Positions 59,541 to 64,000 of a stretch of DNA of 64,000 nt are shown piece after piece (the first letter of the stretch is position 1; each line of letters starts with the position of its first letter). Source of the DNA: Blastocystis sp. Blastoise (taxonomy: Eukaryota; Protista; Bigyra: Opalinata); NCBI GenBank assembly GCA_039096225.1, contig JBBPEB010000006.1, forward strand, positions 1,116,001 to 1,180,000. Direction: 5' to 3'. The notes below the pieces were generated by a model. It was not told the origin of the DNA and searched no databases. It saw only the letters and a list, made by a program, of their open reading frames with translations. The position numbers and the translations under genes were made by a program.

Positions 59541-62067
59541 TATATATAGACTCAATCTTTATTTGATTTCCGTAATAAGGATACATTGAATTATATATAT
59601 ACTTCAACTTCTCCTCTTCCTGTTTATATTAATTATACATATAATCAATATAAACATGAATATATAAATAAAGTTATTTTACAAATACCTTATATAACTT
59701 CTAATAGTAGTTTAATGAATAATGACACTCATTCTTTCTCTGTTAATGTTCCTGAATATATACAAATACAAGCAACTAATGATAATAAGAATAATGATAA
59801 TTGGACTACTCTTTATTCTATAAATAAAAAAGGATATTTTGAACAACAATTATTTACTTATATATTTAATATTGAAACTTATTCAATAGATTATCGATAT
59901 TATCGTATTGCTATTTTAAGTATATATATTTTATATTTTATTTCTATATATTTTTTTTATATACTTGATAATTATATATATATATAGGTACGAATGATAA
60001 TTCATCATCATCATTTTCAATTTCATTTATTGGTTTTTATTTGTGTCGAAGACTCACATGTCCTACTGATGGTGTTTGGAACAGTGTTTCTGCGGGTGAA
60101 ACACAAAGAATTTCTTGTGATGATTCTTATAAAGGATATATGTACAGAAAATGTACGGAGACCTATATATCCGATACTATTGGATATATAGCATCATGGG
60201 AATCTGCTAATAGAAGCGGGTGCTGTATATATATATTTATTATTATTATTATATATTTATTATTATGTTTATGATTATTATATGTTTATATGATTATTAT
60301 ATGTTTATATTATAATAATAATATATATTATTATTCTATATAGTATCTACTGTTCCACCGTTTTTCATGACTTATTTGGATACTACATTATGTATGCATA
60401 ATATATTACCTTATTTCTATAATATATATATTCATCCTTATATGAAAGAATTATATATGAGTGTTTTACACATACATCCTAATTATATACATATTCATCA
60501 AGTTTTCGATTGCTCTACTCAAGTATATATTTATATTCATTTATTTAATGGCAATAATAACATATAATAATAATATATATATAATAACATATAATAATAT
60601 ATATATATATATATAGAATGAGTCTAGAACATGTATTGTGTTACGTTTTTCTGTTAATTATTATGTATATGAATATTATTATAAGCGTATTCATCAAATA
60701 GAAGAACAATATACTCAATTATTCCTTGAATTATTAACTAAACATCAAATAATAAAAAATAATTCTATATATTCATTTATTTCATCTTCTTTTGAATCTA
60801 TATATGTAACTATTTATGATCCAATTGTTCTCTCTAATATTCCAGAAAGTAACTATAAATTATTTTATATACTTTTGTCGATAATTATTGGTATTATTCT
60901 CGTTATTATTCTTATGATAATCATTATTCAAATTATCATTCGAAAAGCGAAAAATAAACCGTATATATTATTATTATAATTATATTATTGTATAATAAAT
61001 TATGTATATATATATTATTTATTATTCTTATTATATAGAAAACAAAAAAGATCTATTTTGGAACAACGTTCTAAGTGGTATATATATATATATATTAATA
61101 TCATTTACATATATATTTATATATTTATATATATTATATTATATTATATTATATTATATTATATTATATATTATAAATATATATATTATTTCTTTTACAT
61201 ATATATATATATATTTAGTAATTTTTTCAAAAAACTAACTCAAGATGAAATATTTACAACGTAATTTATATATATTTATATATTTATATTTATATATTAT
61301 TATATAGTCCACTTCTTCCTGCAGAAGATTCACCTTATACTTATCATACTATTGAAAATCCTCCTGTTGTTCCTAAAGAATCAAATGAATTATTATCATT
61401 ATTTAATGGAATAGAATCATCAGATGTCACATGTGTATCATTAGAATACCCAATCAATCCATTATTAGCACATGCTTCTATGTCTCCTCTTGTATCTATA
61501 TCTTCAGATAGTTCTACATATAAATCATCACGTGCATCATCAGGTGCGTCATCAGGTGCATCATCTTCATCATCATCTTCATCATCATCATCATCATCAT
61601 CTTCTTCTTCTTCTTTATCATCTTCTTGTCCTTCTCCTCCTGTTGCTCCACATTTATCTATATCATCTTCTATCTCTTCTATTTCTTCTGCTTCTCCTCT
61701 TAATCCTATTGTTACAGCTTTATATACTTCAGGATTATATAATAAGAAAAGTACTATTTTAAAACCTTCAACACCTTTAAATTCTTGTGATTATAATCAT
61801 TTAAAACAAAATTTACAACCGTCTTCATTAAATAATACACTAAATAATAAAAATATGCAAGCTAATAATGCTAAGAATATGAGTGAATTTATTTCTATTT
61901 ATCATCCTAATAATGATCATAATAGCTTATTAAAATATTTTTCTAGTACCTATATACCTGCAAATACACCAGTAAGTCATGTATCCTCTAATTCATCTTC
62001 AAATTCATCATTTCCACCTCCTTCTTCTCCTCTTACTCCTACATCTTCACCATCTTCTCCTTCCTAA
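54513..62067 (+). CDS. Large type-I membrane surface protein: He_PIG repeats, PA14-like, jelly-roll and HRM-like modules, TM helix, Ser/Pro-rich tail
   Basis: PSLP...GTLNG and PPLPRG...LAGVP; FTVSFEGYITFP...SASLYINNHLIV (PA14-like); YFRYTF...GFILYINGHEIRR; CPTDGVW...C...YKG.MYRKC; TM ILLSIIIGIILVIILMIIIIQIII-RKAK. Many introns. Confidence 0.8.
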
Positions 62068-62362
62068 TTATATATATATATATTGATTGTTTATTTTATT
62101 CATCATATATAAACATATAACTTATTCTTTTATTTGTGACATTATTTATTTTTTAAATATATTTTTGAATACATAATTTGTTTTCATTTGTTAATTATAT
62201 TTATTTAAATAAATATATTTTTCTTTTTATGTTTTTTATTTGAATAATTATTATCACCTTTTCTTTTTTTATTTTTTTTTTAATTATTCAATTTTCCAAT
62301 GGATATCTATCATTATTTTTTCATATATAATATATATTATATAATATATAATATATATGTAA

Positions 62363-62430
62363 TGTTTTCCTTATTTATGTTTTCCTTATTTATGTTTTCC
62401 TTATTTATGTTTTCCTTATTTATGTTTTCC
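62363..62430. repeat. 15-bp tandem repeat TGTTTTCCTTATTTA, ~4.5 copies
   Basis: Seen directly. Confidence 0.9.
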
Positions 62431-63753
62431 TCTATCTACAGTTTCATAACAAATAATTCTTTGTACAAATAATGTATTATTTTTATGCCTATATTCATCT
62501 TTTATAATTAACTTCATTAATATATATATATTTTTTTACTTTAACATTTTTTCCTTTCCTTTTTTTTTTGCATTATAACTGTTTTTTTCCTTGTACTAAA
62601 GACTATTACTTATACTATAAATTCTTTTTTTTCAATACTATTGTTACAAATATTATTAATAATATATATATATACTATATTTTTATATTTAATGCGAATT
62701 TTATTTATTCATTTTATAAGATCACTTATGAATATTTTATATACTATTCATAACATAATTCATAATACAATTAAAGTACAAAATTTTTAATACATTTATG
62801 TATGTATTTATAAAAGAATTTTTATTGTTATGATTTTCTATTTGTCTTATCACCTCCAATAACTATATATATATATATGTTTTTTTTCTTATATACAGTT
62901 TAAAAAATTGTTTGCTTTTAATTATTCATAATTTTTTTTGTAAATTTTTACTAATATTTTTTAATTACTTATTTTCATATTTATGTGCACAATATATTTT
63001 TATTTTTATTGTCATAAATATATATATATATATATGAAATTATTTCTATTTTTTAATGGTCCTCACTTTTTATATATATTATACATTTTTTTATTACCCT
63101 ATGTCTATACTCTGTTCTTAGTATATACTGTTGTTAGTATATGTTCTTTTACACAACTATATTGCTATTTTCTATTTTTTTTTGCATTTTATTTCTGATT
63201 GCATTTTACATTTTTTTTTTTAGTTTTGTTTCAATTTTTCAAGTAGTATTATGATATATATTCATTAATTATTGAATACATTTCTTTTTTAGAATATCAA
63301 TGAATATTTTATTTGTATTTATTATATGATATATTATTGACTTATATAGATAATATAGTTTCAACTGGAGACTCTCTTAAATACATTCCTTTCATTTACA
63401 GTCTTTTAAAGGTTTTTTTATTATTATAATATGTATACATATATTTTTTTTAATTGTTCATACAATTTCTATAATAAAAGGACTTAAGATTTAAAATAGA
63501 ATACTATAATTGAATAATGTTGATACTCTTATATAGTGGACAAGAAGATAATTTTAATTATTTTTTAATACAAAATGTATTTTGAATATACTATAATTCG
63601 AATTAATTATTGTAATAAGAAAAATTTATGAGAATTTAATATTCTTTTAAAGAAATGATAGTTTGTTGAGTAATTGTTTGTATTATAAATAATTAATGAC
63701 AAAAAATAAAAATAATGATAATAAAAATTAAATAAAAATAACTTTTTTATAAA

Positions 63754-64000
63754 TTAAAAAATATTATTAAAAGTTGTCCATACTTCATAATCATCTATTA
63801 TAAATTGATTTATCGAGTTACTATCTTTTGTATTGACAAATAAAGATGATTTTTGAGAAGTAGTGACTGTATCATAATAATTTGCATAACAATATGAATT
63901 ATTATCCGTGTGGCAATTATCACATATACATAAATCAGTATGTCCTATACCAAATATTGGACCATAAGAAGAAGAACAAAGAATAGCAGCACTTTTATCA
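63754..64000 (-). CDS. 3' end of a further TLDc-domain gene (continues beyond the window)
   Basis: Minus strand reads AILCSSSYGPIFGIGHTDLCICDNCH...QKSSLFVNT...FIIDDYEVW...*, paralogous to 7713-7945. Not in the ORF track. Confidence 0.85.
   Translation of the reverse strand, partial: DKSAAILCSSSYGPIFGIGHTDLCICDNCHTDNNSYCYANYYDTVTTSQKSSLFVNTKDSNSINQFIIDDYEVWTTFNNIF

Overview
Very AT-rich eukaryotic DNA with many short GT-AG introns. The gene families (BTB-TLDc, He_PIG/jelly-roll surface proteins, GH27) suggest a gut stramenopile of the Blastocystis group; this is inference. The left ~23 kb is dominated by mobile and repeated DNA: a ~489-bp higher-order tandem repeat followed by a Helitron-type hairpin+CTAG end; a non-autonomous CACTC-TIR element with a 3-bp TSD; a BTB-TLDc gene enclosed by ~560-bp inverted repeats; an exportin-7 pseudogene; a 2.6-kb 19-bp satellite; and an apparently intact CMC/CACTA transposase head-to-head with an unknown partner gene. 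The rest holds two large surface-protein paralogues, a highly intron-fragmented BTB-like gene, two more TLDc copies, a hAT MITE, and a compact housekeeping block: GH27 NAGA-type, Mis12, Fyv7/TAP26, an FLZ zinc-finger microprotein, mannose-6-phosphate isomerase and U11/U12-65K. It also holds a free-standing apparent homologue of the transposon partner gene. All gene models were spliced by eye and no database searches were run.
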